Below, piece by piece: positions 53,158-62,671 of a stretch of DNA of 64,000 nucleotides; position 1 is the stretch's first letter, and each line of letters begins with the position of its first letter. The DNA is from an uncultured Thermus sp. Its GTDB lineage: Bacteria > Deinococcota > Deinococci > Deinococcales > Thermaceae. The translations under genes were made by a program, and so were the position numbers. The DNA lies in the NCBI GenBank assembly GCA_947085095.1, contig CAMTVD010000009.1, positions 1-64,000 on the forward strand, given 5' to 3'. The notes under the pieces were generated by a model. That model did no database searches. It was not told where the DNA came from and saw only the letters and a list, made by a program, of their open reading frames with translations.

Positions 53158-54448
53158 GGGCGGAAAGCCACCCGGAAAAGGCCGCAAGGCCCCTCCGGTA
53201 CATGGCCTGGCGCTTCTCCCTCTTCCCCATCCTCCCCTCCACGGGGGGCACCAGGCCCCAGTTGGCGTTCATGGGCTGGAAGTTCTCCGGGTTCGCCGTG
53301 GCCAGGAAGCGGACCAGCCCCCCCAGCATGCTCGCCTCAGGGGGAGCGGTGGGCTCCAGGCCTAAGGCGCGCCGGGCGGCGTTCAGCCCCGCCAAAAAGC
53401 CGGTGGCGGCGCTTTCCAGGTACCCCTCCACCCCCGCCAGGACCCCGGCGGCGAAGAGACCCTCCGCCTCCCGGAACTCCAGGGTCTCCCTTAGGAGCCT
53501 CGGGGCGTTCAGGTAGGTGTTGCGGTGCATCACCCCGTAGCGGACGATCTCGGCGTTTTCCAGGCCGGGGATCATCTGGATGAGGCGCTTCTGCTCGGGC
53601 CACTTGAGCCCGGTCTGGAAGCCCACCAGGCTCCACATCCGCCCCTCCTTGTCCTCCTGGCGAAGCTGCACCACGGCGAAGGGCTCCTTTCCGGTCCTGG
53701 GGTCCACCAGCCCCACGGGCTTCATGGGGCCGAAGAGGAGGGTCTGGTACCCCCTCCGCCCCAGCTCCTCCACGGGCACGCAGGCCTCAAAGTACTGCAG
53801 GTTCTCCCAGTCGTGGGGGGTGTGCCGCTCCGCCGCCACCAGGGCCTCGTAAAAGCGGCGGTACTCCTCCTCGGTCATGGGGCAGTTGAGGTAGTCGGCG
53901 CTCTGGCCGTAGCGGCCCGCGCGAAAGCACTTCTCCAGGTTGATGCTCTCGTGGAGGACGATGGGGCTGGCGGCGTCGTAGTAGGCGAGGAAGTGGTCGC
54001 CGAAGCGCCGCTTCAGGGCCTCCGCCAGGGCCTCCGCGGTGAGGGGCCCCGTGGCCAGGATGGCGATCCCCTGGGGAATCTCCTTGACCTCCTCCCGCAC
54101 CACCTCCAGGAGGGGATGGGCCAGGAGCCTTTCCGTGATGCGCTGGGAGAACAGCTCCCGGTCCACCGCCAAGGCCCCCCCGGCGGGGACCCGGGCCGCC
54201 TCCGCCGCCTCCATGACCAGGCTCCCCGAAAGGCGCATCTCCGCCTGCAGGAGGCCCTTGGCCTGGGTCTCCCCTTCCCCGCCCAAGGAGTTGGAGCAGA
54301 CGATCTCGGCGAGGCGGTCCGTGGCGTGGGCCGGGGTCATGCGCTGGGGACGCATCTCAAAAAGGCGCACGGGCACGCCCATGCGCAAAAGGGTCCAGGC
54401 GGCCTCGCTTCCCGCAAGCCCCCCTCCCACCACGTTCACCCGTTCCAT
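53111..54448 (-). CDS. trmFO: Folate-dependent tRNA m5U54 methyltransferase
   Basis: [39 protein letters not shown]. Confidence 0.95.
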   Translation of the reverse strand: MERVNVVGGGLAGSEAAWTLLRMGVPVRLFEMRPQRMTPAHATDRLAEIVCSNSLGGEGETQAKGLLQAEMRLSGSLVMEAAEAARVPAGGALAVDRELFSQRITERLLAHPLLEVVREEVKEIPQGIAILATGPLTAEALAEALKRRFGDHFLAYYDAASPIVLHESINLEKCFRAGRYGQSADYLNCPMTEEEYRRFYEALVAAERHTPHDWENLQYFEACVPVEELGRRGYQTLLFGPMKPVGLVDPRTGKEPFAVVQLRQEDKEGRMWSLVGFQTGLKWPEQKRLIQMIPGLENAEIVRYGVMHRNTYLNAPRLLRETLEFREAEGLFAAGVLAGVEGYLESAATGFLAGLNAARRALGLEPTAPPEASMLGGLVRFLATANPENFQPMNANWGLVPPVEGRMGKREKRQAMYRRGLAAFSGWLSALRPPLPGARSFQPAP

Positions 54449-54502
54449 CCTTCAGATGGTAGCACCGGAAGGCCTTTGGGGAAAGTGGCCTATAATGGCG
54501 CC

Positions 54503-55261
54503 GTGAGCCTGGCCAAGCGCATCATCCCCTGCCTGGACGTCCACGGGGGCCGCGTGGTCAAGGGGGTGAACTTCGTGAACCTCAAGGACGCGGGGGACCC
54601 CGTGGAGGCGGCCCAGGCCTACGACGAAGCCGGGGCCGACGAGCTGGTCTTTTTGGACATCTCCGCCACCCACGAGGAGCGGGCCATCCTCCTGGAGGTG
54701 GTGGCCCAGGTGGCCGAGACGGTCTTCATCCCCCTCACCGTGGGCGGGGGAGTGCGCTCCCTAGAAGACGCAAGGCGGCTCCTCCTGGCGGGAGCGGACA
54801 AGGTGAGCGTGAACTCGGCGGCGGTGCGGCGCCCCGAGCTCATCGCCGAGCTTGCCCACCACTTCGGCGCCCAGGCGGTGGTCCTGGCCATAGACGCCAA
54901 GTGGCGGGGGGATTTCCCGGAGGTGTACGTGGCGGGGGGGCGGATCCCCACGGGCCTCCACGCCGTGGAGTGGGCGGTGAGGGGAGCGGAGCTTGGGGCC
55001 GGGGAGATCCTCCTCACCAGCATGGACCAAGACGGCACCAAGGAGGGGTACGATCTGAGGCTCACGGCGATGGTGGCCCAGGCGGTGAACGTCCCCGTCA
55101 TCGCCAGCGGGGGGGCGGGGAGGATGGAGCACTTCCTAAAGGCCTTCCAGGCGGGGGCCGAGGCCGCCCTGGCCGCCAGCGTCTTCCACTTCGGGGAGAT
55201 CCCCATCCCCGAGCTCAAGGCCTTCTTGGCGGAAAGGGGCCTCCACGTGCGGCTAGACTAG
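54503..55261 (+). CDS. hisF: Imidazole glycerol phosphate synthase cyclase subunit
   Basis: [35 protein letters not shown]. Confidence 0.96.
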   Translation: MSLAKRIIPCLDVHGGRVVKGVNFVNLKDAGDPVEAAQAYDEAGADELVFLDISATHEERAILLEVVAQVAETVFIPLTVGGGVRSLEDARRLLLAGADKVSVNSAAVRRPELIAELAHHFGAQAVVLAIDAKWRGDFPEVYVAGGRIPTGLHAVEWAVRGAELGAGEILLTSMDQDGTKEGYDLRLTAMVAQAVNVPVIASGGAGRMEHFLKAFQAGAEAALAASVFHFGEIPIPELKAFLAERGLHVRLD

Positions 55262-55265
55262 GGGC

Positions 55266-55889
55266 ATGAATCTGGAGGCGGTGCGCTTTGACGAAGGGGG
55301 CCTGGTCCCGGTGGTGGTCCAGGACGCCCGCACGGGGGAGGTCCTGACCCTGGCCTACGCCAACCGGGAGGCCCTGGAGGAGACCCTGAGGAGTGGGCGG
55401 AGCGTCTTCTATAGCCGAAGCCGCCAGGCCCTCTGGCGCAAGGGGGAGACCTCCGGAAACGTCCAGGAGGTGGTGGAGGTCCTCCTGGACTGCGATGGGG
55501 ACGCCGTGGTCTACCGGGTCCTCCCAAAGGGCCCCGCCTGCCACACGGGGGAGAGGACCTGCTTCCACCGCCCCCTCCTAGAGGGTAGGAAGGACCTGGG
55601 CTTCGTGGTGGGCCAGGTCTACGCCACCATCGGGGAGAGGCTCAAGACCCTTCCTGAGCACAGCTACGTGGCCCGCCTGCACCGGGCGGGCCTGGACCGC
55701 ATCCTGAAAAAGATCGGGGAGGAGGCGGGGGAGGTCATCCTCGCCGCCAAAAACGGGGATCCCAAGGAGGTCCGCCACGAGGCCGCCGACCTCCTCTTCC
55801 ACCTCCTCCTGGTCCTGGCGGAGCTGGGCCTCACCCCTGAGGACCTGGCCGAGACCCTCTGGGCGCGGCACCGGCCCGAGGAAGGCTAA
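55266..55889 (+). CDS. hisIE: Bifunctional PR-AMP cyclohydrolase / PR-ATP pyrophosphatase
   Basis: [33 protein letters not shown]. Confidence 0.95.
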   Translation: MNLEAVRFDEGGLVPVVVQDARTGEVLTLAYANREALEETLRSGRSVFYSRSRQALWRKGETSGNVQEVVEVLLDCDGDAVVYRVLPKGPACHTGERTCFHRPLLEGRKDLGFVVGQVYATIGERLKTLPEHSYVARLHRAGLDRILKKIGEEAGEVILAAKNGDPKEVRHEAADLLFHLLLVLAELGLTPEDLAETLWARHRPEEG

Positions 55890-55947
55890 GGGGTTCTCAT
55901 CCTTCAAAGAATCCGCTCTCCCAACCACACCTAGGCCAGGAGGCAAA

Positions 55948-55974
55948 GGGGCCTAGGGCCCGCCCTAGGCCCCC
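55948..55974. terminator. Hairpin between convergent hisIE and the phytase-like gene
   Basis: GGGGCCTAGGG-CCCG-CCCTAGGCCCC. Confidence 0.6.
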
Positions 55975-55989
55975 GAATCCTCCCTCCGT

Positions 55990-57282
55990 TTAGCGGATCG
56001 CCTGCCCTACCCCTGGGGCCAGGCGCAGGGACGTGGGGAGCTTGATCCAGATGAACTCGTTGGCGTCCTTAACATCCGGACCCCTGCCCCCCGTGGCGGG
56101 GTAGTTGTTGTCGTTGGTGACCAGCAGGGTGCTGGGGTCCAGGACCAGGACCGCCTCAATGGTGAGGTAAGGGAAGCGGAAGACACCGCCCCGGGTGCTG
56201 GGGGCAAGCCCTCGAGGATCGGCGATGTTGAGCAGATCGGCCACCAGCTCCTTGGCGAAGACCCCGTTGGCGTCCTTGCGCGTGAGGTCAATCTTGTAGA
56301 TGCGCTTGAAGCGGGCCTCATCCCCTTGCCGGCCATCCCTTTCGATGACCAGGAGTTCCCGCTCGTTCACCACCGCCAGCTCCCCGATGGCGTGGGCGGG
56401 GTCATCCATGGGGTAGCGGCCCAAGAGGCCCAGCCAGCGCTTGGCGATGGGGTCAAACTCCATAAGGCGGAGGGTCCCCGGCGGGTCTCCGGCCACCGTT
56501 CCCTCCAGCATGGCGTAGATGCGGGTGCGCTCGGGGTTGGTGGTCATCCCCTCAAAGCCCCGGGAGGTGGCCAGGTTGGCGGGCCAGGGCTGCCCGGGGC
56601 CCACGGGGTTGAGGAGGAGGGCCGGATTCTGGGGAGCCCGTACCTGGTCCTTGGCGGGGTCCTTGCCGGGCCCGTAGTCCGGGGTGGGGAAGGGGGGGTC
56701 CAAGAGAACCCCGTTCGGGTCAAAGTGAAGGAGGAAGGGCCCGAACTCGTCCCCGATCCAGAGGGTCCCATCGGCGGCGAAGACGAACGACTCGGGGTCA
56801 AAGTCGTACCCCGTGAGGAGGCGGCCCGTGGTGTTCTCGTTGAGGATGGGGAAGGGGACGAAGCGGTTGGGGTCTCGGAGCTGGAGGTAGCGCACCACTT
56901 GGACGTCCCCGGGGCCCCCTTGGGGGGTACGGGGCCGAGGCTGGACTAGGTAGAGCCTCAGGAGGTAGTCCGGGCTATTCGCCTTGGACCCAAAGCCGTT
57001 GTCGGCGAGGACCCAGTAACTCCCGAGCCTGGGGCCGAACTGGATGGCGCTAAACCCCTGGACGGGCTGGCTACCGTAGGGGGCGGGGAGGGTGCGGAAC
57101 CCAGGGGTGGCCCGGTAGGCCCCGCTCGGGGGGCCCTCGGCGAAGGTGTCCGCGGGCAGTACCGCAAAGCCCACCAGCTCTACCCCGGGGGCCTGGGGGG
57201 CCTGGGAGAGGGCGGAGAGGATACTCCCCGCAACCAGGACCAGCGAGGCTACGGCCAAAAGGGGCAGAATGCGCTTCCTCAT
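55990..57282 (-). CDS. Secreted esterase-like/phytase-like beta-propeller protein
   Basis: Signal peptide; QPVQGFS, DNGFGSKANSPD, DFDPES, DEFGP, SRGFEG, NDNNYP; RBS GGAGGT. Confidence 0.82.
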   Translation of the reverse strand: MRKRILPLLAVASLVLVAGSILSALSQAPQAPGVELVGFAVLPADTFAEGPPSGAYRATPGFRTLPAPYGSQPVQGFSAIQFGPRLGSYWVLADNGFGSKANSPDYLLRLYLVQPRPRTPQGGPGDVQVVRYLQLRDPNRFVPFPILNENTTGRLLTGYDFDPESFVFAADGTLWIGDEFGPFLLHFDPNGVLLDPPFPTPDYGPGKDPAKDQVRAPQNPALLLNPVGPGQPWPANLATSRGFEGMTTNPERTRIYAMLEGTVAGDPPGTLRLMEFDPIAKRWLGLLGRYPMDDPAHAIGELAVVNERELLVIERDGRQGDEARFKRIYKIDLTRKDANGVFAKELVADLLNIADPRGLAPSTRGGVFRFPYLTIEAVLVLDPSTLLVTNDNNYPATGGRGPDVKDANEFIWIKLPTSLRLAPGVGQAIR

Positions 57283-57323
57283 ACTCAACCTCCTCGTGGA
57301 GGGGTTTTCCCCTCCCACCGCCA

Positions 57324-57355
57324 AGGCTAGCCCAGGCATGTCAGGGGAGGTTCAA
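57324..57355 (-). promoter_or_regulatory. Candidate Pho-box promoter
   Basis: Minus strand TTGAA-N6-CTGAC-N10-TAGCCT; same layout as 59141-59172. Confidence 0.6.
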
Positions 57356-57379
57356 GCCGTTAGGGGGGTAGAGCCATAG

Positions 57380-57409
57380 AGAAAAGGGTGCCCCGCCAGG
57401 GGGCACCCC
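57380..57409 (-). terminator. Terminator after the alkaline phosphatase gene
   Basis: GGGTGCCCC stem with short loop, followed by TTTTCT on the minus strand. Confidence 0.7.
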
Positions 57410-57422
57410 TCTCCTTCCCAGC

Positions 57423-59120
57423 TCAGCGCGTGGGCGCCAGGGTGGTGGGGTAGTCCAGGAGGCGGCCGAAGAGGGTGGCGTGCATGAGGCGGTAAACGTC
57501 TATGTTGTCAAATCGGCTGTAGAACAGGCTGTTGAGCGTGCTGGCGTTCAGGCCCGCGGCCCGGCTCAGGATGCCCCCGTGGAAGTCAGGGGAGCCCGCC
57601 CAGGCGACCCCGAACTGCATCCGCTTGCCGAAGGCGTCGGGGGCCGAGAGGAAGAGGGGGGTACCCCGGCCTTCCACCCCGTCCACCGGGGCGCTCACGC
57701 TGGCGGCGCCGGCCGCGGGGTTCACGCCCACGCTACCCGCCTTGTCCGTCTCTTGGCCTGCGGGCACCACGGTGGTGGGGGGGGTGACCCCGGAGCGGTT
57801 GGGGGCCACCACCTGGAAGCCCCCGGCGTCGCTGTCCGCCGCGGTGAGGATCAGGGTGTTGGGGTTGCGGGCCAGGTAGGCCAGGGCAGTGCCTATGGCG
57901 TCGTCGGTGTCCTTGAGGGCGTGGAGCACGCCCACAGCGTTGTCGTTGTTGCCGAAGTTGTCCACCGCCTCCTGCTCCGCCACCAGGAAGAAGCGCCGGT
58001 TCTCGGGGCGGGGCTGCTGGCGGGCGGCCCGGTCCAGGATGGTGATGGCCACCTCCACCATCTCCGCGAAGGTGGGAGGGTTGTAGCCGGGCTGGGCGGG
58101 GTCGTAGTCCCCCCAGAGGACGATGCGGCTCTGGTTGTTGGGGCCCACCTGGCCGGGCTGGAGGCCGGGGCGCACGAAGCCCCGCTGGATCAGGTCCTCC
58201 TCGTTGCGGTCGTTGAAGAGGTCCTGGTAGGCGAAGATGCCCAGGACCCGGGGGGCGTAGTTGGGGTTCTGGCGCAGGGCCTGGCGCAGGCGCTCAAACT
58301 CCGCCCGGGTCTTGACCACGATCCAGTCGTCCCCCTGCAGGGGGTCGTTGCTGGGGTTGCCGCTTCCCTGGCGGTTCCAGTAGTCCTCCAGGTCCAGGTC
58401 GTCGGCCCGCAGGCTGGTGCGGCTGTTGACGGGCTGGCCCCGCTCCTGGTTGACGTTGCGGTGGAGGAGGGTGGCCACCTTGGGCCGGGTGTCCGCCTCC
58501 CCGCCCCCCATGACCACCCAGGGGGCGGTGTCCTTCATGCCGGGGCGGCCCATGATGATCTGCCGGGTGATCTCCTGCCAGTTGTCCCGGTTGCCCACCT
58601 CGGCCAGGAAGGCCCCCGTGCCCGGCTCGGCGATGTGTCCGTCGTTCACGATGCCCACGGGGATGCCCGCGTTGGCCGCCTCCCGCATGATGGAGCCCGG
58701 GTAGCCAGAGAGGGAGCGGATGGCGCGATCGGTGGGCGGGTTCAGGTTGCCGTCCCCGTCCTTGCCGAAGGAGCCCAGCCCGTCCACCTTGTAGCCGAAG
58801 GCGTGGGTGGTGGCCCCGCCGTTGGAGGTCCCCGTCAGGATGTTGTTCATGTGCCCACGGTAGACGGCCATGTAGCGGAGCCGGTCCCAGTTGAGGAGGC
58901 CGTCGGGCCCTTTGAAGTAGAGCCGGGCCGCCGCCCAGTGGTTCAGGCCGCTCCCGTCGGGGTGGAAGAAGATCACGTTGCCCGTGGGAAAGACGCGCGT
59001 AGAGGGAACCCTACCCGGGTCGGTCGCGTCCATCCTGGCGCTTCCCAGGCCCAGGATGGCTAGGAAAAGGGCCGCGGCCCCCATCGCAAGACCTGCCTTG
59101 GCCAAGCCCAAACGTTTCAT
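57423..59120 (-). CDS. Secreted alkaline phosphatase (PhoA superfamily)
   Basis: Signal peptide; NVIFFHPDG (metal Asp), [10 protein letters not shown] (catalytic Ser), [16 protein letters not shown]. Confidence 0.82.
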   Translation of the reverse strand: MKRLGLAKAGLAMGAAALFLAILGLGSARMDATDPGRVPSTRVFPTGNVIFFHPDGSGLNHWAAARLYFKGPDGLLNWDRLRYMAVYRGHMNNILTGTSNGGATTHAFGYKVDGLGSFGKDGDGNLNPPTDRAIRSLSGYPGSIMREAANAGIPVGIVNDGHIAEPGTGAFLAEVGNRDNWQEITRQIIMGRPGMKDTAPWVVMGGGEADTRPKVATLLHRNVNQERGQPVNSRTSLRADDLDLEDYWNRQGSGNPSNDPLQGDDWIVVKTRAEFERLRQALRQNPNYAPRVLGIFAYQDLFNDRNEEDLIQRGFVRPGLQPGQVGPNNQSRIVLWGDYDPAQPGYNPPTFAEMVEVAITILDRAARQQPRPENRRFFLVAEQEAVDNFGNNDNAVGVLHALKDTDDAIGTALAYLARNPNTLILTAADSDAGGFQVVAPNRSGVTPPTTVVPAGQETDKAGSVGVNPAAGAASVSAPVDGVEGRGTPLFLSAPDAFGKRMQFGVAWAGSPDFHGGILSRAAGLNASTLNSLFYSRFDNIDVYRLMHATLFGRLLDYPTTLAPTR

Positions 59121-59140
59121 CCCTCATCACCTCCGCCCGC

Positions 59141-59172
59141 AGGCTAAGGGGGAAACGTCAGAGAAGCGTCAA
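59141..59172 (-). promoter_or_regulatory. Candidate Pho-box promoter
   Basis: Minus strand TTGAC-N6-CTGAC-N10-TAGCCT. Confidence 0.6.
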
Positions 59173-59241
59173 GAGAAGGGCTGGCAAACGCAGCAAGGAT
59201 CTCCTGGCCCCCGCCGCCCCCGGTCTCGGTATAGTGGAAGC

Positions 59242-60210
59242 ATGGAAATTGAGCGCCGCTTGGTCCTGGAGGTGGTGCGGGTCACGGAGCAGGCCGCCCT
59301 GGCGGCGAGCCGCCTGGCGGGCAAGGGGGACAAGGAGGCCGTGGACGAGGCGGGCACCGAGGCCATGCGCCGGGTGCTCAAGGGGCTTCCCATAAGGGGC
59401 ACCGTGGTCATCGGCGAGGGGGAGATGGACGAGGCCCCCATGCTCTATATCGGGGAGGTGCTGGGCCAGGGAGGCCTCGAGGTGGACATCGCCGTGGACC
59501 CGGTGGAGGGGACCACCACCGCCGCCAAGGGCCTGCCCAACGCCGTCACCGTGATCGCCATCAGCGAGAAGGGGGGGCTCTTCCACGCCCCGGACATGTA
59601 CATGGAAAAGCTCATCGTCCCCCCACCCGCCGCCGGGCTGGTGGACCTCACCTGGCCGGTCTCCGCCAACCTCAAGGCCCTGGCCCTGGCCCTGCAGCGG
59701 GCGGTGGAGGACCTGGTGATCGTGGTCCTGGACCGCCCCCGGCACGAGAGGCTCATCCGGGAGATCCGGGAGGCGGGGGCCCGGGTCAAGCTCATCTCTG
59801 ACGGGGACGTGATCGCCGCCCTGGCCGCCGCCATCCGGGGCACGGGGGTCCACGCGGTCATGGGCATCGGCGGGGCCCCGGAAGGGGTTTTGGCGGCGGC
59901 GGCCCTCAAGTGCCTGGGGGGGGAGATCCAGGCCCGCTTCACCCCGCAAAACGAGGAGGAAAGGGCGCGGCTTCGGGCCATGGGCGGGGATGAGAACCGC
60001 ATCTACCGCACCGAGGACCTGGCCCCGGGGAAGGAGATCGTCTTCGCCGCCACCGGGATCACCGACGGGGACATCCTCCAGGGGGTGCGCTTCTTCGGCG
60101 GAGGGGCCCGGACCCACTCCATCGTCATGGGCCACGCCACCCGCACCGTGCGCTTTATAGACTCCATTCACCTTTTTGAAACGGGCGCCCGGGTCACCAT
60201 CCGGGTATAG
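59242..60210 (+). CDS. glpX: Fructose-1,6-bisphosphatase class II
   Basis: [42 protein letters not shown]. Confidence 0.95.
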   Translation: MEIERRLVLEVVRVTEQAALAASRLAGKGDKEAVDEAGTEAMRRVLKGLPIRGTVVIGEGEMDEAPMLYIGEVLGQGGLEVDIAVDPVEGTTTAAKGLPNAVTVIAISEKGGLFHAPDMYMEKLIVPPPAAGLVDLTWPVSANLKALALALQRAVEDLVIVVLDRPRHERLIREIREAGARVKLISDGDVIAALAAAIRGTGVHAVMGIGGAPEGVLAAAALKCLGGEIQARFTPQNEEERARLRAMGGDENRIYRTEDLAPGKEIVFAATGITDGDILQGVRFFGGGARTHSIVMGHATRTVRFIDSIHLFETGARVTIRV

Positions 60211-60217
60211 TAAGGGC

Positions 60218-61978
60218 GTGCCCCGGCGCACCTACCTCGAGGCCGAGGGGGAAAGGCTGGCCCTGGACTTCCTGGGGGACGAGCTCAGGGCCTCCGTCTT
60301 CCTCAAGCGTTACGCCCTGAGGGATGAGGAGGGAAGGCTTTTAGAGGCCACCCCGGAGGAAACGTGGCAGAGGCTCGCCCGCCAGGTGGCCCGGGTGGAG
60401 AAGGGGGCCCTTAGGGAGATCCTCTGGCTCCTCTCCGAGTTCCGCTTCGTCCCCGGGGGGCGGATCCTCTTCGGCCTCGGCAACTGGCGGAGGAGCACCC
60501 TCTTCAACTGCTACTTCCTCCCCATCCGGGAGGACTCGGTAAGGGGCATCGCCCGCTTCCTGGAGGAGGCCATGCGCACCTTCGCCTTTGGGGGCGGGGT
60601 GGGCACCAACGCCGACGTCCTCAGGCCCAAGGGGGCCAGGGTGGGGAACGCCGGGGTGGAGAGCTCGGGGGCAGTGAGCTTCATGGAGCTCTTCTCCACC
60701 CTGGCGGGGGTCATGGGGAGTAGCGGGGGGAGGCGGGGGGCCCTGATGCTCACCTTCTCCGACACCCACCCCGAGCTTTTGGACTTCCTCCGGGCCAAGA
60801 CCGACCCCGCCCGGAGCAAAGTCCGCCACGCCAACATCTCCCTAAGGGCCACGAATGCCTTCCTGGAGGCGGCCCTGGCCGACGAGCCCTGGGAGCTCCG
60901 CTTCACCACCCCCAGGGAGGAGATCCGGACCACCCTCCGGGCCAAGGAGGCCTGGGAGGCGTTGGTGGAGGCCGCCTGGGCGAGCGCCGAGCCCGGCCTC
61001 CTTTTCTGGGACCGCATCCGCACCTGGACCACCGCCCAGTACGGGGGGATGGAGGTGGTGGGGGTGAACGTCTGCGGGGAGGTGCCCATGGAGCCCTACG
61101 GGGCCTGCAACCTGGGAAGCCTGAACCTCTCCGCCTTCGTCCGGGCCCCCTTCAGCCAGGAGGCCCGGCTGGACTGGGCCGCCCTCGAGGAGGCCACCCG
61201 CCTGGCGGTGCGCTTTTTGGACGCCACCCTTGACCTGGGGAAAAACCGCCACCCCCTTAGGGCCCAGCGGGAGGCCTCCCTGAGAAGCCGCCGCATCGGC
61301 CTTGGGGTCATGGGCCTGGCGGACATGCTGGCCATGCTGGGCCTCCCCTACGGCTCCGAGGCCTCCATCCGCTTCGCCGAGGAGGCCATGCGGCGCATCA
61401 AGGAGGCCGCCTACCGGGAAAGCGCCCGCCTGGCCCGAACCCGGGGCCCCTTCCCCGCCTTTGATCCCAGGCGGCACCTGGAAAGCCCCTTCATCCAGGC
61501 CCTGCCGGAGGACCTGATCCGGGAGGTGGAAAAGGGCCTCCGGAACGCCGCCCTCCTCTCCATCGCCCCCACGGGCTCCATCTCCATCCTGGCGGGGGTC
61601 ACGAGCGGGATTGAGCCCATCTTCGCCCTCACCTACCTGCGCCACGCAGGGGGAAGCGTCTTCCTGGCGGAACACCCCCTCCTCCGGCGCTACCGGGAGG
61701 CCACCAAGGGGGGCCTCCCCGACTGGCCCACCGCCCATCAGGTGGACCCCTTCCAGCGGGTCCGCCTCCAGGCCGCCCTCCAGCGCCACGTGGACCAGAG
61801 CATCTCCTCCACGGTGAACCTGCCCCGGGACACCCCCAAGGAGGTGGTGGAGCGGCTTTTCCTCGAGGCCTGGCGGGAGGGGTGCAAGGGCCTCACCGTC
61901 TTCCGGGAGGGAAGCCGGGAGGAGGTCATTGAGCCCCTGCCCCCCGTGGGGGTCTGCACCTTCTGCCAGACGGCGTGA
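60218..61978 (+). CDS. nrdJ: Ribonucleotide reductase, probably class II (B12-dependent), compact form
   Basis: FNCY, GGGVG, RRGA, NVCGE, ACNLGSLNL, IAPTGSIS, SGIEP, KGLTVFR, C-terminal CTFC; no adjacent beta subunit. Confidence 0.8.
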   Translation: MPRRTYLEAEGERLALDFLGDELRASVFLKRYALRDEEGRLLEATPEETWQRLARQVARVEKGALREILWLLSEFRFVPGGRILFGLGNWRRSTLFNCYFLPIREDSVRGIARFLEEAMRTFAFGGGVGTNADVLRPKGARVGNAGVESSGAVSFMELFSTLAGVMGSSGGRRGALMLTFSDTHPELLDFLRAKTDPARSKVRHANISLRATNAFLEAALADEPWELRFTTPREEIRTTLRAKEAWEALVEAAWASAEPGLLFWDRIRTWTTAQYGGMEVVGVNVCGEVPMEPYGACNLGSLNLSAFVRAPFSQEARLDWAALEEATRLAVRFLDATLDLGKNRHPLRAQREASLRSRRIGLGVMGLADMLAMLGLPYGSEASIRFAEEAMRRIKEAAYRESARLARTRGPFPAFDPRRHLESPFIQALPEDLIREVEKGLRNAALLSIAPTGSISILAGVTSGIEPIFALTYLRHAGGSVFLAEHPLLRRYREATKGGLPDWPTAHQVDPFQRVRLQAALQRHVDQSISSTVNLPRDTPKEVVERLFLEAWREGCKGLTVFREGSREEVIEPLPPVGVCTFCQTA

Positions 61979-61996
61979 GCCCACCCCAGAAGAGAG

Positions 61997-62671
61997 ATGA
62001 CCCGTTACCGCATCGCCGCCAAGCCCTACCTCCCCTACCCCGGGGAGCGCCTGGCCCGCAGGAAGGGCCTTGGAGGGGAGTTTTACGAGCTCAGGCCCTA
62101 TGCGGAAGGGGACGAGGTGCGCCGGGTCCACTGGCGGGCCTACGCCAAGACGGGAAGGCTCTACACCCGCCTGGAGACCGCACCGGAAAGGAGCCGCTTC
62201 CGCCTCTTTCTGGACGAGAGCGAGAGCATGCGCCTCCACGGGAAGCTCCTTTATGCGGAAAGGGTGGCGGCCCTCCTCCTCAGGATCGCCCGGCAGGAGG
62301 ACCCCAGGGCCCGCCTGGAGCGGGGCCGACCCCAGGACCTCCGCCTGGGAGGAGGGGTCCTGGTCCTCCTCACCGACGGCCTGGACCCCCTCCCCTGGCC
62401 CAGGCTCCTCCCCAGAAGGGTGGTCCTGGTCCAGGTCCTCTCCCCCCTGGAGCTGGACCCGCCCCTAGAGGAGGCTCTCCTCAAGGACGTGGAATCCGGG
62501 GAGACCCTGCCTGTGGGGAAGGAGGAGGTCTTGGGCTACAAGAGGGCCCTGGCGGAGCACCTAAAAGGCCTACGCCTTCTCGCCCTCCTCCGGGGGCGGT
62601 ACGCCCTCCTCAAGGTGGGGGAAGCCCCCCTGCCAAGCCTCCTACGCCAGGGCGTTCTGGAACTCCTCTAG
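61997..62671 (+). CDS. DUF58-domain protein
   Basis: EFYELRPYAEGDEVRRVHWRAYAK, LDESESM, LTDG. Confidence 0.85.
   Translation: MTRYRIAAKPYLPYPGERLARRKGLGGEFYELRPYAEGDEVRRVHWRAYAKTGRLYTRLETAPERSRFRLFLDESESMRLHGKLLYAERVAALLLRIARQEDPRARLERGRPQDLRLGGGVLVLLTDGLDPLPWPRLLPRRVVLVQVLSPLELDPPLEEALLKDVESGETLPVGKEEVLGYKRALAEHLKGLRLLALLRGRYALLKVGEAPLPSLLRQGVLELL

Noticed and set aside
53525..54502. Long N-terminal extension of the hisF ORF
   Set aside because: Antisense to trmFO; the HisF sequence begins at GTG 54503 after TATAAT
57480..59063. 527-aa plus-strand ORF opposite the alkaline phosphatase
   Set aside because: Antisense shadow of a high-GC3 gene; V/G/A-rich with no motifs
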